A stretch of DNA of 64,000 nucleotides from an uncultured Chloroflexia bacterium (GCA_963833225.1 CAWHXD010000008.1:928001-992000), one strand, 5' to 3'. Positions 1 through 9,784 are shown, numbered from the stretch's first letter. Notes: a model not told the origin generated them from the letters alone. A program made the numbers and translations.

Positions 1-1
1 G

Positions 2-670
2 GGGGCGGACGCCACCTACGTCGTGCAGGGCGTCAAGACGATCTTCGCGCTGCCGGACGCGCTCACGTTCGAGGACGGGGCCCTGATCGACCCCGCCTCG
101 ATCGCCCTCCACGTCGCCAACCGCGGCAACATCACCCCGGGCGACACGGTGGCCATCACCGGGGCCGGCGCGATCGGGCTGCTCGGCGGCGACGCGTCCC
201 GCATCCGCGGCGCGGCGCGCGTGATCGTGGTGGGACGCGGATACCGGCTCCAGAAGGCGGCGGCGATGGGCTTCGAGACCGTCGACACCGCCGCCGGCGA
301 TCCCGTCCGTGCGGTCCGGGCGATGACCGGAGACCTCGGGGTTGACGTCGTCCTCGAGTGCGCGGGCGTCCCCGAACTGCTGGGAGCCGCGCTCGAGATG
401 CTGCGGCGCGGTGGGCGGTGCGCGGCTGTCGGCATCCCGACCGTCGGCGTGGAGATCGCCATGCAGCGCCTGGTGCTCGACGAGCTGGAGCTCGTCGGCT
501 GCCGCGCGAGCGCCGGCGAGATGCGGCGCGTGATCCCGCACGTGGAGCAGGGTCGGATGCGGGTCCGCGAGATGGTGACCCACCGCTTCGCCCTGGCGGA
601 CTACGCCGAGGCGCTGGCGACCTTCAACGACCGCGCGAGTGGCGCGATCAAGATCCTGGTCAACCCCTGA
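2..670 (+). CDS. Zn-dependent alcohol dehydrogenase (MDR family), 5'-partial at window edge
   Basis: Frame open from base 2 (GADATYVVQGVK...). Rossmann motif GAGAIG. Closely parallels the C-terminal part of the ADH at 5516-6583. Confidence 0.9.
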   Translation, partial: GADATYVVQGVKTIFALPDALTFEDGALIDPASIALHVANRGNITPGDTVAITGAGAIGLLGGDASRIRGAARVIVVGRGYRLQKAAAMGFETVDTAAGDPVRAVRAMTGDLGVDVVLECAGVPELLGAALEMLRRGGRCAAVGIPTVGVEIAMQRLVLDELELVGCRASAGEMRRVIPHVEQGRMRVREMVTHRFALADYAEALATFNDRASGAIKILVNP

Positions 671-690
671 CCCTGCGTCCCAACCAGTGA

Positions 691-771
691 TCAGATCGGG
701 TCGGCGAGCCCCAGCGTCAGGCCGCCGTAGACGTCGATGACGGCACCCGTGACCCAGCGCCCGCCGTCGCC
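691..771 (-). repeat. 81-bp duplicate of the 3' end of the SDR gene (other copy at 2548-2628)
   Basis: Direct comparison shows 4 mismatches in 81 bp. Encodes GDGGRWVTGAVIDVYGGLTLGLADPI* versus ...VDGGLTLGLADSI*. Confidence 0.9.
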
Positions 772-1105
772 CGACCCGCGGCGGCGTGTTCGCCCGTGGA
801 TGGCGGGCAGCAACGATTCCATGACTTGGATCCGGCGCTGGATTTCCGCGGCCTCCGCGTCCGAGAGCGGGACACCCCATGTCATGTTCGGATAGCCGAC
901 GGCGTCCTGCGCGGCCCGAGTCACCGTCGCAGGGCTGGCGTCGAGGCTGAGGTCCATACGGAAGGCCATCGCCTGAGCGAGGTCAGCCCGCGCCGACTCG
1001 GACTTTTTCGGTGACCACCTCCGATCCCGCCTGCACAGCAGCCCCGGGTACGCCGATGCCCAGTGCCAACACTCCGATGACCAACGAGACTATCGATCCC
1101 CTCAC
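772..1105 (-). pseudogene. Truncated, frameshifted secreted protein related to the repeat unit of the adjacent lipoprotein
   Basis: GGAGG RBS, GTG at 1105, signal-peptide-like VRGSIVSLVIGVLALGIGVPGAAVQA. Frameshift near the A5 run at 1004-1008, then AMAFRMDLSLDAS...WGVPLSDAEAAEIQRR. Cut off by the SDR duplicate. Confidence 0.55.
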
Positions 1106-1137
1106 CCCTGGTGCCTCCGTTCTCGTCGGCCATTCTT

Positions 1138-2376
1138 CTACGGGTCGCCGGTCACCACGATGGTCAGCATGGCCTCGCCATCGCGCGGGACCACGACATG
1201 GCCGCTCCCGAGTTCCGCGTCCGTCGACCCGGTCGCTCGGACGATGACGGTGTAGCCCGTTGCCGCGATGCGCTCCCAGATGGCGATCCCGTCGGCTCCG
1301 AGCGTGCTCCCGGTCAGCGCTCCGGCGTTGGCGCGTGGCACGTCCGGCACGAGGTCCACGTCCCGGTACGTCACCGGTTTGCCGGCGGCATCGACGACCG
1401 TCACCACCAGCGACCCGTACCCGAGGTCCGGGATCGGCGGCAGGATCTCGACCTCGACGACCAGCCAGCCCGGTCGCTTGCCGAGGGCCTCGTAGGCGAG
1501 GTCGCGCGCGGACTCCATGTCGAGGCCCTCGCGATCGGTGGACAGTTCGAGCAGGACGCGGTTCTCCTTCGTTTCAAGCGCGTGGCCCTCGAAGTCGAGG
1601 TCCGCCGCGGCGAGCCTGGCGCGGAAGCCGGGATCCTTGAGTTGGCGGCGGAACCGGTTGAGCTCAGCCTGCGACCAGCGGACCTCGGAGACGGTGAGGT
1701 CCACCGTGTTCGCGAACAGGGCCTCGAGAGCCACCTCGTGCTGGGCGGCGTGGCCGCTGACGAGAATGTGCGGGCGTCCAGCGTCGAGGTACCAGCCGGC
1801 CCACTCGTCGGGATGCTCGCGTCCGTACGCCCCGATGACCGGGGCGAGGTTGTTGGACGCATCGATCGCGCGGTCGTAGAGCGCGGCCTCGTCGGGCATC
1901 AGCAGGAGCTGGTTCATCCGGAGCACCGATGTTGGGTCGAGGATGACGGCACGGACCCACGCCTCGTCCGCCCGGTAGCCGAGGGCCTCGCGGGTCTCCA
2001 TGGACCAGCGAAGGTTGCCCTCGACGACCCGGGGCGCCTCGCCCGGGTGGATCCGCACGCCCCACCCGAAGGCCGCGCCGGGCTGGGCCTCGGCGGCGAT
2101 CACCCACTCGCGGTCAAAGCGCATGCCCCGCGCGCCGCGCATCGCGATCGCCGCCTCGATGCGCTCCTCGATGGCCGGGGAGAGGGTCGGCGACGGTGCC
2201 GGGGCCGCGGACCGCATCCCGACCGAGGCCGACCCCACCGGGGTGGGCGGCGCGGCGACCTTCGGGGATGGCGCCTGCTGACCACACCCGGCAACGGAGA
2301 GCGCGGCCAAGGCAATGATCGGGCCTGCCCACCATGCCCGTCGGGCCTCGTGTCGCCGTTCGCCTGCGTTCCCCAT
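1138..2376 (-). CDS. Hypothetical lipoprotein with two internal repeats and a C-terminal beta-sandwich (carboxypeptidase-regulatory-like) domain
   Basis: Lipobox LSVAGC, Pro-rich linker, repeats R..G.R.D..WV.A....P, C-terminal GSLVVTVVDAAGKPV...GY.V.V. Start uncertain. Confidence 0.7.
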   Translation of the reverse strand: MGNAGERRHEARRAWWAGPIIALAALSVAGCGQQAPSPKVAAPPTPVGSASVGMRSAAPAPSPTLSPAIEERIEAAIAMRGARGMRFDREWVIAAEAQPGAAFGWGVRIHPGEAPRVVEGNLRWSMETREALGYRADEAWVRAVILDPTSVLRMNQLLLMPDEAALYDRAIDASNNLAPVIGAYGREHPDEWAGWYLDAGRPHILVSGHAAQHEVALEALFANTVDLTVSEVRWSQAELNRFRRQLKDPGFRARLAAADLDFEGHALETKENRVLLELSTDREGLDMESARDLAYEALGKRPGWLVVEVEILPPIPDLGYGSLVVTVVDAAGKPVTYRDVDLVPDVPRANAGALTGSTLGADGIAIWERIAATGYTVIVRATGSTDAELGSGHVVVPRDGEAMLTIVVTGDP

Positions 2377-2547
2377 GCCGCACCCCCAGCGACGCCGGGC
2401 TGACGCTACACCTTCCGCAGTCGACTCACAAGCAGGCCCCCGTCCCGGCTCGTTCACCCAGACCCGCGGTCAGCCCACTGGCGCGGCGCCGCTCCTCGAC
2501 CCTGGGCAAGGACCGGGACGGCCGATCGGGCTTGCTGCAGCAACCGT

Positions 2548-3318
2548 TCAGATCGAGTCGGCGAGCCCCAGTGTCAGGCCGCCGTCGACGTCGATGACGG
2601 CCCCCGTGACCCAGCGCCCGCCGTCGCCGGCGAGCCAGGCGACGGCCTCGGCGATGTCGCTCCCCTGGCCCACCGAGGACAGGGCCTGCCGGCCGAAGTG
2701 GAGTCCGGTCGCGAACCGGGCGCGCTCCTCGTCCTCCGACGTGCCGCGCAGCTCCGACGGGATGATCCCGGGGCGGATGCAGTTGACCCGGATCCCGTCG
2801 CGCCCCAGGTCCGCGGCGAGCGCGCGGGTCATCGCCTCGACGGCGGCCTTGCTCGCGACGTAGCCGAACCGGCCGTGCGGCGGGCGGCCGACGACGGTGG
2901 ACCCGAGGTTGACGACCGCGCCCCGGCTGCGCCGCAGCTCGCCGAGCGCGGCGCGCGTGACCAGGAACACGCTGACCACGTTCGAGCGGAGCATGCCCTC
3001 GAGATCGGCCAGGGCGAGCGCGTCCAGGCCACCCTGGACCTCGGCGCCCGCGTTGTTGACCAGGACGTCGATCCCGCCGAGCTCCGCCACGGCGGTCGCG
3101 ACCAGCCGCTCCACGTCCGGCTCGGAGGTGACGTCGGCGACGCACGGGACGACCCGGCCCGGAGCGTCCACCAGCTCCGCGGCGAGCGCCTCCAACCGCT
3201 CGCGCCGGCGGCCGGCGGCCACGACCTGGGCACCACGACCGACGAGCAGGCGCACCGTGTGCGCCCCCAGCCCGGCGGACGCCCCGGTGACCAGGATCCG
3301 GCGACCATCCACGTTCAT
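2548..3318 (-). CDS. SDR family NAD(P)-dependent oxidoreductase
   Basis: TGASAGLG, NNAG and YVASK motifs. Confidence 0.95.
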   Translation of the reverse strand: MNVDGRRILVTGASAGLGAHTVRLLVGRGAQVVAAGRRRERLEALAAELVDAPGRVVPCVADVTSEPDVERLVATAVAELGGIDVLVNNAGAEVQGGLDALALADLEGMLRSNVVSVFLVTRAALGELRRSRGAVVNLGSTVVGRPPHGRFGYVASKAAVEAMTRALAADLGRDGIRVNCIRPGIIPSELRGTSEDEERARFATGLHFGRQALSSVGQGSDIAEAVAWLAGDGGRWVTGAVIDVDGGLTLGLADSI

Positions 3319-3339
3319 GCGATCGCTCCTTCCGCCCGC

Positions 3340-5475
3340 TCAGGCACGACCCGCCGCAACCTCGTCGGCGCGCGTGCGCCCGGCCAGCAGGATCAGGTCT
3401 TCGTGGAGCTCGAACCACACCCCGTGGTAGCTGTCCACCCGCGGTGACGCGATGAACTTGCCGTCGCCGGCAGCTGCGGCCGCTGCAGCGGCCGAGAGTC
3501 GCTCCCCGTACCGTCCGAGCCGCGGCAGGCCGGCGACGAGCGGCCCCAGCCAGGCCTCGACATCGGCGTGGAGCTCGCCCAGTCGGGCCAGTACCGCCGC
3601 GTCATAGTCGGCATCGGCGTGGTCGTTGAGCGTGTCGGGATCCTTCATCTGCCAGGCGGTGACGATCTCCTTCATCCGCCGATCGAGCGCGACGAAGGCG
3701 TCCAGCGCGGCCGTCGCGACCTCGCCACCCCACGCCGCCGCGTCGGCCGTGATCAGGGCCATCGCCGCGGCCTTGCCGTCCGCGGTGAGGCGGAACGAGC
3801 CCGCACCGGGCTCGGCCCGGCCGGCCTCGACGAGGTCGTCGACCAGGGAGCTGGCCGCCTCGGGGCCACAGCCAAGAGCCGTTCCCAGCCCGGCCGGCAG
3901 GCAGTAGCCCTTGATCAGCAGGACCCGCAGAGCGTCGTCAGGCCCGGCGACCGCCGGTTCGCGGCTCCCTGCCTCGCCGGCGACGGCGATGGGGTTGCCG
4001 TCCTCGCTCACCCCGGGGATCGCGATCCCGAGCTCCCGGGCCCAGCCGAGGAGCGTCTTCGCCTCGGGGACGACGGCCTCGACACCCGACCTGACGCCCT
4101 CGAAGATCTCGCCGCTCGAGCCGTCGATGGTGATCACGGATCCCGCGGCCAGGGGGTGTCCGCCGATCACGACCCCACCCTCCCCGATCACGACGTCCGA
4201 GGCGCCGACCACCGCTGGGATCCCCCAGCCCCGGGCGACCACGGCGGCGTGGCTCGCGAATCCGCCGCTGGAGGTCAGGACCCCGCAGCTCCGCTGCATC
4301 CCGTGGACATCGTCGGGCGAGGTCTCGGCGCGGACCAGGATCACGTCCCGGCCCGAGTCGGCGCCCGCCACCGCGTCCTCGGGCGTGAGACGGATCTCGC
4401 CCGACACCAGCCCCGGTGATGCCCCGAGGCCCCGGGCAAGCGCGGTCCCCCCGTCGTTGCTCTCGACGACGGCCTTGGGAGGTTCGGCCAGGTGGGCGAG
4501 GACGCGCCGGACGGCCTCATCGCGGCTGAGCGGGAAGTCCGCGGCCTCGGCCATCTCGGCCGCCATCCGGACCGCAGCCTGTGGCGTCCGCTTGCCGACC
4601 CGGACCTGGAGCAGCCAGAGGCGGCCCTGCTCGATGGTGAACTCGATGTCGCAGCAGTCGCGGTAGTGACGTTCCAGCACGTCCGCGTAGCGGCGCAGCT
4701 CGGCGGCCACGGCCGGCATCCGGTCATCGAGGCATGACACGGGCTCCGTCGCGTGCGTGCCGGCGACCACGTCCTCCCCCTGGGCGTCGAACAGGACGTC
4801 ACCGTAGAGCGCGTGCTCGCCGGTCGCGGGGTTGCGGGTGAACAGGACGCCCGTTCCCGAGTCGGGGCCGCGGTTGCCGAACACCATCGCCTGGACCGTG
4901 ACACCCGTGCCAAGGTCGCCGCTGATGCCCTCCACCTCGCGGTAGGCGCGGGCGCGGTCACTGTTCCACGACTTGAACACGGCCTCCACCGCCCCGCGGA
5001 GCTGCGCCCATGGGTCGGCCGGGACGACCTCCACGCCGACGATGTCCCGGTAGATGGCCACGAACCGCTCGTGGCAGTTGCGCGCAAAGGCCGGATCGCC
5101 CGAGACGGCCCTGAGCCCGGCCTCGGTCGCCGGGTTGAGGCCGAGGTTGAGGATCGTGTCCATCATCCCGGGCATGGACCGGGGAGCGCCGCTCCGCACC
5201 GACACCAGGAGCGGATCGGCGGGATCGCCGAACCGCCGGCCGACGGCGGCCTCCAGGCGCGCCATCGCCGCCCGCACCTCGTCGTCGAGACCGTCCGGCC
5301 AGCCCGACGCGAGATAGGCCTTGCAGGCCTCGGTCGTGATCGTGAACGCGGGCGGCACCGGCAGTCCCAGGTCCACGGCCATCGTCGCGATGTTGGCGGC
5401 CTTGCCGCCGAGGAGCAGCGTGATCGCTGCCGGGTCGAGGTCGTGGCGATGGTCGAAGGCGTAGACGTAGGGCAC
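3340..5475 (-). CDS. Truncated pyruvate phosphate dikinase-like protein (ATP-grasp + His-swivel domain) fused to a C-terminal wHTH/helical domain
   Basis: LLGGKAAN, LVSVRSGA..SMPGMMDTILNLGLN, VQAMVFGN, AQGEDVVAG, DIEFTIE, GGFASHAAVVARGWG. No pyruvate-binding TIM barrel. C-terminus ends DSYHGVWFELHEDL. GTG start at 5475 inferred. Confidence 0.85.
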   Translation of the reverse strand: MPYVYAFDHRHDLDPAAITLLLGGKAANIATMAVDLGLPVPPAFTITTEACKAYLASGWPDGLDDEVRAAMARLEAAVGRRFGDPADPLLVSVRSGAPRSMPGMMDTILNLGLNPATEAGLRAVSGDPAFARNCHERFVAIYRDIVGVEVVPADPWAQLRGAVEAVFKSWNSDRARAYREVEGISGDLGTGVTVQAMVFGNRGPDSGTGVLFTRNPATGEHALYGDVLFDAQGEDVVAGTHATEPVSCLDDRMPAVAAELRRYADVLERHYRDCCDIEFTIEQGRLWLLQVRVGKRTPQAAVRMAAEMAEAADFPLSRDEAVRRVLAHLAEPPKAVVESNDGGTALARGLGASPGLVSGEIRLTPEDAVAGADSGRDVILVRAETSPDDVHGMQRSCGVLTSSGGFASHAAVVARGWGIPAVVGASDVVIGEGGVVIGGHPLAAGSVITIDGSSGEIFEGVRSGVEAVVPEAKTLLGWARELGIAIPGVSEDGNPIAVAGEAGSREPAVAGPDDALRVLLIKGYCLPAGLGTALGCGPEAASSLVDDLVEAGRAEPGAGSFRLTADGKAAAMALITADAAAWGGEVATAALDAFVALDRRMKEIVTAWQMKDPDTLNDHADADYDAAVLARLGELHADVEAWLGPLVAGLPRLGRYGERLSAAAAAAAAGDGKFIASPRVDSYHGVWFELHEDLILLAGRTRADEVAAGRA

Positions 5476-5515
5476 GGGACCGGGGATCTCCTGGATCGAT
5501 GGCTGGGTCGGCCCG

Positions 5516-6583
5516 TCAGGGCTCGACGATGATCTTGATCGCCCCGCTCGCGGGATCGTTGAACGTGGCCAGCGCGGCCGGGTACTCCGAGAGCGGGAAG
5601 TGATGCGTGGTGACGTCGTCGACGCGGATCCGGCCCTGCTCCACGAGCGGCATGACGCGCCGCATCTCGCCCGCGGTCGCGCGACAGCCCACGAGCTCCA
5701 GCTCGTCGAGCACCAGCCGCTGCATGGCGATCTCCACCCCCTGGGTCGGGATCCCGACAGCCGCACACCGGCCACCGCGCCGGAGCATCCCGAGCGCCAT
5801 CGCCACGGTTGCCGGGACGCCGGCGCACTCGAGGACGACGTCCACGCCCAGGCCGCCGGTCATCTCGCGGACCCGCGCGACCGGATCGCCGTCGGCGACG
5901 TCGACCGCCTCGAAGCCCATCGCGCGCGCCTTGGCGATCCGCGAGGGGTTGGTCTCCACGAGGATCACCCGGCTGGCCCCGCGGACCAGGGCCGCGTCGC
6001 CGCCCAGCAGACCGATCGCCCCGGCACCGGTGATGGCCACGGTGTCGCCCGGGGTGATGTTGCCGCGGTTGGCGACGTGGAGGGCGATCGAGGCCGGGTC
6101 GATGACGGCGCCCTGGGCGAAGGAGAGCCCCTCGGGCAGCGGGAAGACGCACTTGACCCCGTGCACCGCGTACGTCGCATCCACGCCCTGGACGCTGTGG
6201 CCGTACTGCTTGTGGAGCCCCTCCTTGCCGTAGTTGTCGCACAGGTTGTAGCGGCCCTCGACACACATCTGGCACACGCCGCAGGCGTCATGGCTGGTGC
6301 CGGCGACCCGGTCGCCCACCTGCCAGCCGAAGCGCTCGGCCCCGGGGCCCAGGGCCGCGATCTCGCCCGCCCACTCGTGCCCCGGGATGAACGGGAACGC
6401 GGGCGGCCAGAAGCCCGGGTAGTCGCCCCGGATCAGGTGGGCGTCGGTGCCGCAGATCGAGACGGCCCGCACGCGCGCGAGGACCTCGTTGGGTCCCGGC
6501 ACCGGGACCGGCACCTCCTGGATCTCGAGCACGCTGGGCTCGAGGACGACGAGGGCCTCCATGGTCGCGGGCAGGGCGGGCAT
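5516..6583 (-). CDS. Zn-dependent alcohol dehydrogenase (sorbitol/threonine DH-like)
   Basis: ICGTD, GHEWAG, structural Zn CGVCQMC...C, GAGAIG. Confidence 0.95.
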   Translation of the reverse strand: MPALPATMEALVVLEPSVLEIQEVPVPVPGPNEVLARVRAVSICGTDAHLIRGDYPGFWPPAFPFIPGHEWAGEIAALGPGAERFGWQVGDRVAGTSHDACGVCQMCVEGRYNLCDNYGKEGLHKQYGHSVQGVDATYAVHGVKCVFPLPEGLSFAQGAVIDPASIALHVANRGNITPGDTVAITGAGAIGLLGGDAALVRGASRVILVETNPSRIAKARAMGFEAVDVADGDPVARVREMTGGLGVDVVLECAGVPATVAMALGMLRRGGRCAAVGIPTQGVEIAMQRLVLDELELVGCRATAGEMRRVMPLVEQGRIRVDDVTTHHFPLSEYPAALATFNDPASGAIKIIVEP

Positions 6584-6611
6584 CGGTTCTCCTGGGCGGG
6601 ACGCCAGCGGG

Positions 6612-7502
6612 CTAGACGATTGCGACGGGGTCGACCATGGACCCTGTTGCGCCGCGGATCTTGACGGGGAGCGCCACGAACAGGAACTCGTAGATCCGGT
6701 CGCGGGCGAGCTCCTCGAGGTCGAGGCTTTCCATGATGTAGACGCCCTTCTCGATCAGCAGCGCCGTGTGAACGGGCTGGGGGTTCCCCTCTGGCCCCGG
6801 GTCGGGAGCCGGCTGCACCTCGAACGTCTCCGTGTCGGAGCCGGCCGCGATCACGCCGCGCTCCAGCATCCAGCGCGCGGCGGACACATCGGGCCCGGCG
6901 GTCTTGTGCTCGGCCATCCGCTCGGCATCGGGCCACAGGCCCATGTACCCGGTCCGGATGACCACGACATCCCACGGCTGGACCGTCACTCCCTCGGCCG
7001 CGCAGATCGCGTCCATCTCGGCCGCGTCGATCGGCGAGCCCTTGGGCAGGCAGTCAACGCCGCGGTACGTCGGGGCGTCGATGAGGATGCCGCGGGTGAA
7101 GAACGGGGGCATCTTGGAGGCATCGCCGTGCACGGGTCCAAAATCCGTGAGGTGCTCATCGGCGTTGCCGCCGCCATACCAGTGCATGTCGTCCGAGACC
7201 GTCATGTGCGCCAGGGCGTCCATGTGCGCCCCGGAATGGCTGGTGGCCATCACGTACTCGGCCATGTACCCGAGGCCCGCGTCGTTGACCGGACCCCAGG
7301 GCTGGGCGCCGGTCACCCGGATCCCGCGCGGCGTCCGGTAGTTGAGAACCTGGAACGGCGGGTGGCCGGGGAACAGCGGCATGCCCGGGAACCGCACCGC
7401 GCCGAGCGACACCATGCGCCCCTCGCGGACCAGCCGGGCCGCCTTCACCACCTGCTCGGCCGGCATGTCGCCGACCGGCCCGATCTCGGTGCCGAACCTC
7501 AT
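6612..7502 (-). CDS. Cyclase family metal-dependent hydrolase (kynurenine formamidase-like)
   Basis: HSGAHMDALAH, DVVVIRTG, GSDT, VHTALL, GATGSMVDPVAI. ATG at 7502 overlaps the upstream stop. Confidence 0.9.
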   Translation of the reverse strand: MRFGTEIGPVGDMPAEQVVKAARLVREGRMVSLGAVRFPGMPLFPGHPPFQVLNYRTPRGIRVTGAQPWGPVNDAGLGYMAEYVMATSHSGAHMDALAHMTVSDDMHWYGGGNADEHLTDFGPVHGDASKMPPFFTRGILIDAPTYRGVDCLPKGSPIDAAEMDAICAAEGVTVQPWDVVVIRTGYMGLWPDAERMAEHKTAGPDVSAARWMLERGVIAAGSDTETFEVQPAPDPGPEGNPQPVHTALLIEKGVYIMESLDLEELARDRIYEFLFVALPVKIRGATGSMVDPVAIV

Positions 7503-9784
7503 GCGCCTGCCTCCCCTTCCCCGGTCTCCGCGGCCGGGGTGTTGATGGCCCGCCACACGCGCTCCGGCGTGAGCGGGAGGTCCCGGATCGGGACGCCGAT
7601 GACCTCGCGCACGGCGGCCGCAACGGCGGGCGCCACGCACAGCAACGCGCCTTCGCTCATTCCCTTGGCACCGTACGGCCCGGGTCCGTCGGCGTTCTCC
7701 ACCATCTCGCTGCGCAGCTCGCGCGGCAGGTCCATGCTGGTCGGGATCCGGTAGTCGATGGCGCCGAGGTTCCGGATCCGGCCCCGGTCGTCAAAGATGT
7801 AGTGCTCCATGAGCGTGTGCCCGAGGCCCATGATGGCCGCGCCCTCGTCCTGCATCCGGACCTGCAGCGGGTTGAGCGCCTTGCCGACGTCGCTGACCGT
7901 GACGTGGCGGTCGATCGTGACGTCGCCGGTCTCGCGGTCAACCTCGGCCTCGATGACCGTGCAGTTGAACTCGAAGAACGCGGCCGACCCGGACAGGGGG
8001 TGACCCGGCTCCGCGTTCTTGCGGGCCTCGCCCAGGCCGGTGAGCTCGCCACCCAGCTTGCCCAGACCGGTCTTGAGCACCTCGCGCGGGGCCAGCTCGG
8101 TGCCGTCCGGGAGCCGGACGACGCCCGCGTCAACCGTGACCCCGGCCGGGTCCACGCCGTGGACCGTCGCGGCCATCGCCTGCAGCTTGCCCTGGATATC
8201 CCGGCACGCGGCGAGGACCGAGTTGCCCATCAGGACCGTCGAGCGCGACGCCGACGTCTGCTGGTCGTAGGGCACGATCGCCGTGTCCCCCATCACCACG
8301 GTCACCCAGTCGAGCGGGGCGCCCAGCTCCTGGGCCGCGATCTGCGCGAACACGGTCCGCGCACCCTGGCCCATGTCGGAGGTGCCGGCATAGACGACCA
8401 CGGAGCCGTCCACGAGCAGGCGCACGATGGAGTACGAGAGGCCGGTGGTCGGACCGGACTTGATGCCCAGCGCAATCCCGCGCCCCCGGCCGGCGGGCAG
8501 GGGTGTCCCCCACCCGGCTCGTTCCGCGGCGAGGCGCACGGTCTGCTCCCAGTCGCCGTCGCACGGGGTGTCGAAGGGGATGAACCGGTCACCCTTGCGG
8601 GCCAGGTTCCGGAGGCGGATCTCCAGCCGGTCCAGGCCCAGTGCCTGGGCGCCCTCGTCGAGGGTGGACTCCACCGCCCAGTTGATCTGGGGGTTCCCAA
8701 ACCCGCGGAACGCGGTTGACGGGAGGGTGTGCGACAGCACGCTGCGAGCGGCGATCCGCACCGCCGGCACGTTGTACGGCCCTGCCGCCGGATAGGACCC
8801 CTTGCCCACGACGCGGTCGGCGATGTCGGTGTACGCGCCGATCAGGTAGTCGGCCTCGATGTCCTGGAACAGGATGTGCCCGTCGCGGTCGAAGCCGGTG
8901 CGGACCCGCGACTCGCAGGCCGCGCGTCGGGCCGCCTGGAACGACTCCTCGAGGGTCAGGACCAGGCGCACCGGGCGGCCCAGCCGGAGCGCGGCAAAGA
9001 CCACCGCCGGCTCGTACTTCGCGTGCTGCTTGCCGCCAAAGCCGCCGCCCGGGTCGGGCGCGATGACGCGGACCTTCGAGAGGGGCATGTCCACGAGGCC
9101 CGCGATCAGCTTCTGGAGCCAGTTGGGGTGCTGGATCGTGCTCCACACCCTGAGGCCATCGCCGTCGGGCGCCGCCATGAACGCGTGCGGCTCGATCGCG
9201 AACTGGGTCACGATGGGGAAGCTGTACCGGCCCTCCACGATCACGTGCGCCCGGGCTGCCTCGGCCTCGATGTCGCCCCAGCCCACGCGGTGCTCATTGA
9301 GCACGTTGGTGCCGGCGCGAGGGTCGCCCGGTCGCAGCGATGGATCCTGGACCAGCGGTGCGTCTGGCGCGAGGGCCCCGGCGACCGTGAACACCGCCGG
9401 CAGCTCCTCGTGGTCGACCCGTACCGCGGCGGCCGCGGCTTCCGCGAGGTCCCGGGTGTCCGCCACCACGATCGCCACCGGGTCGCCGTGGAACTTGGTC
9501 TCGCCGCTGGCCAGCACGGGCCGGTCGGCGTTCTGGGGCCCGAACCGCGGCACCGGCTGCGGCAGGTCGTCAGCGGTCATCACCAGGTGCACGCCCGGCA
9601 TGGCAAGCGCCGCGCTCGCGTCCACCGCGTCGATCCGCGCCCGGGCACAGTCCACGGTGACGAACTTCGCGTGCAGCACGCCGGAGACATCGAGGTCGGC
9701 GAGGTAGGCCTGGGTGCCGGTCACCCGGCCGATGCCGCCCACCCGGTTCGGGGAGCCGCCGATGCGGCTGTCGAGCGTGGTCAC
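7499..9784 (-). CDS. Xanthine dehydrogenase family molybdopterin-binding (large) subunit
   Basis: GGGFGGK, AFRGFG, DMGQG, GAKGMSE motifs. GTG start at 9784 overlaps the small-subunit stop. Confidence 0.92.
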   Translation of the reverse strand: MTTLDSRIGGSPNRVGGIGRVTGTQAYLADLDVSGVLHAKFVTVDCARARIDAVDASAALAMPGVHLVMTADDLPQPVPRFGPQNADRPVLASGETKFHGDPVAIVVADTRDLAEAAAAAVRVDHEELPAVFTVAGALAPDAPLVQDPSLRPGDPRAGTNVLNEHRVGWGDIEAEAARAHVIVEGRYSFPIVTQFAIEPHAFMAAPDGDGLRVWSTIQHPNWLQKLIAGLVDMPLSKVRVIAPDPGGGFGGKQHAKYEPAVVFAALRLGRPVRLVLTLEESFQAARRAACESRVRTGFDRDGHILFQDIEADYLIGAYTDIADRVVGKGSYPAAGPYNVPAVRIAARSVLSHTLPSTAFRGFGNPQINWAVESTLDEGAQALGLDRLEIRLRNLARKGDRFIPFDTPCDGDWEQTVRLAAERAGWGTPLPAGRGRGIALGIKSGPTTGLSYSIVRLLVDGSVVVYAGTSDMGQGARTVFAQIAAQELGAPLDWVTVVMGDTAIVPYDQQTSASRSTVLMGNSVLAACRDIQGKLQAMAATVHGVDPAGVTVDAGVVRLPDGTELAPREVLKTGLGKLGGELTGLGEARKNAEPGHPLSGSAAFFEFNCTVIEAEVDRETGDVTIDRHVTVSDVGKALNPLQVRMQDEGAAIMGLGHTLMEHYIFDDRGRIRNLGAIDYRIPTSMDLPRELRSEMVENADGPGPYGAKGMSEGALLCVAPAVAAAVREVIGVPIRDLPLTPERVWRAINTPAAETGEGEAGA

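Noticed and set aside
3340-5475. Canonical ppdK
   Set aside because: It lacks the C-terminal PEP/pyruvate-binding domain, so no gene symbol was assigned.
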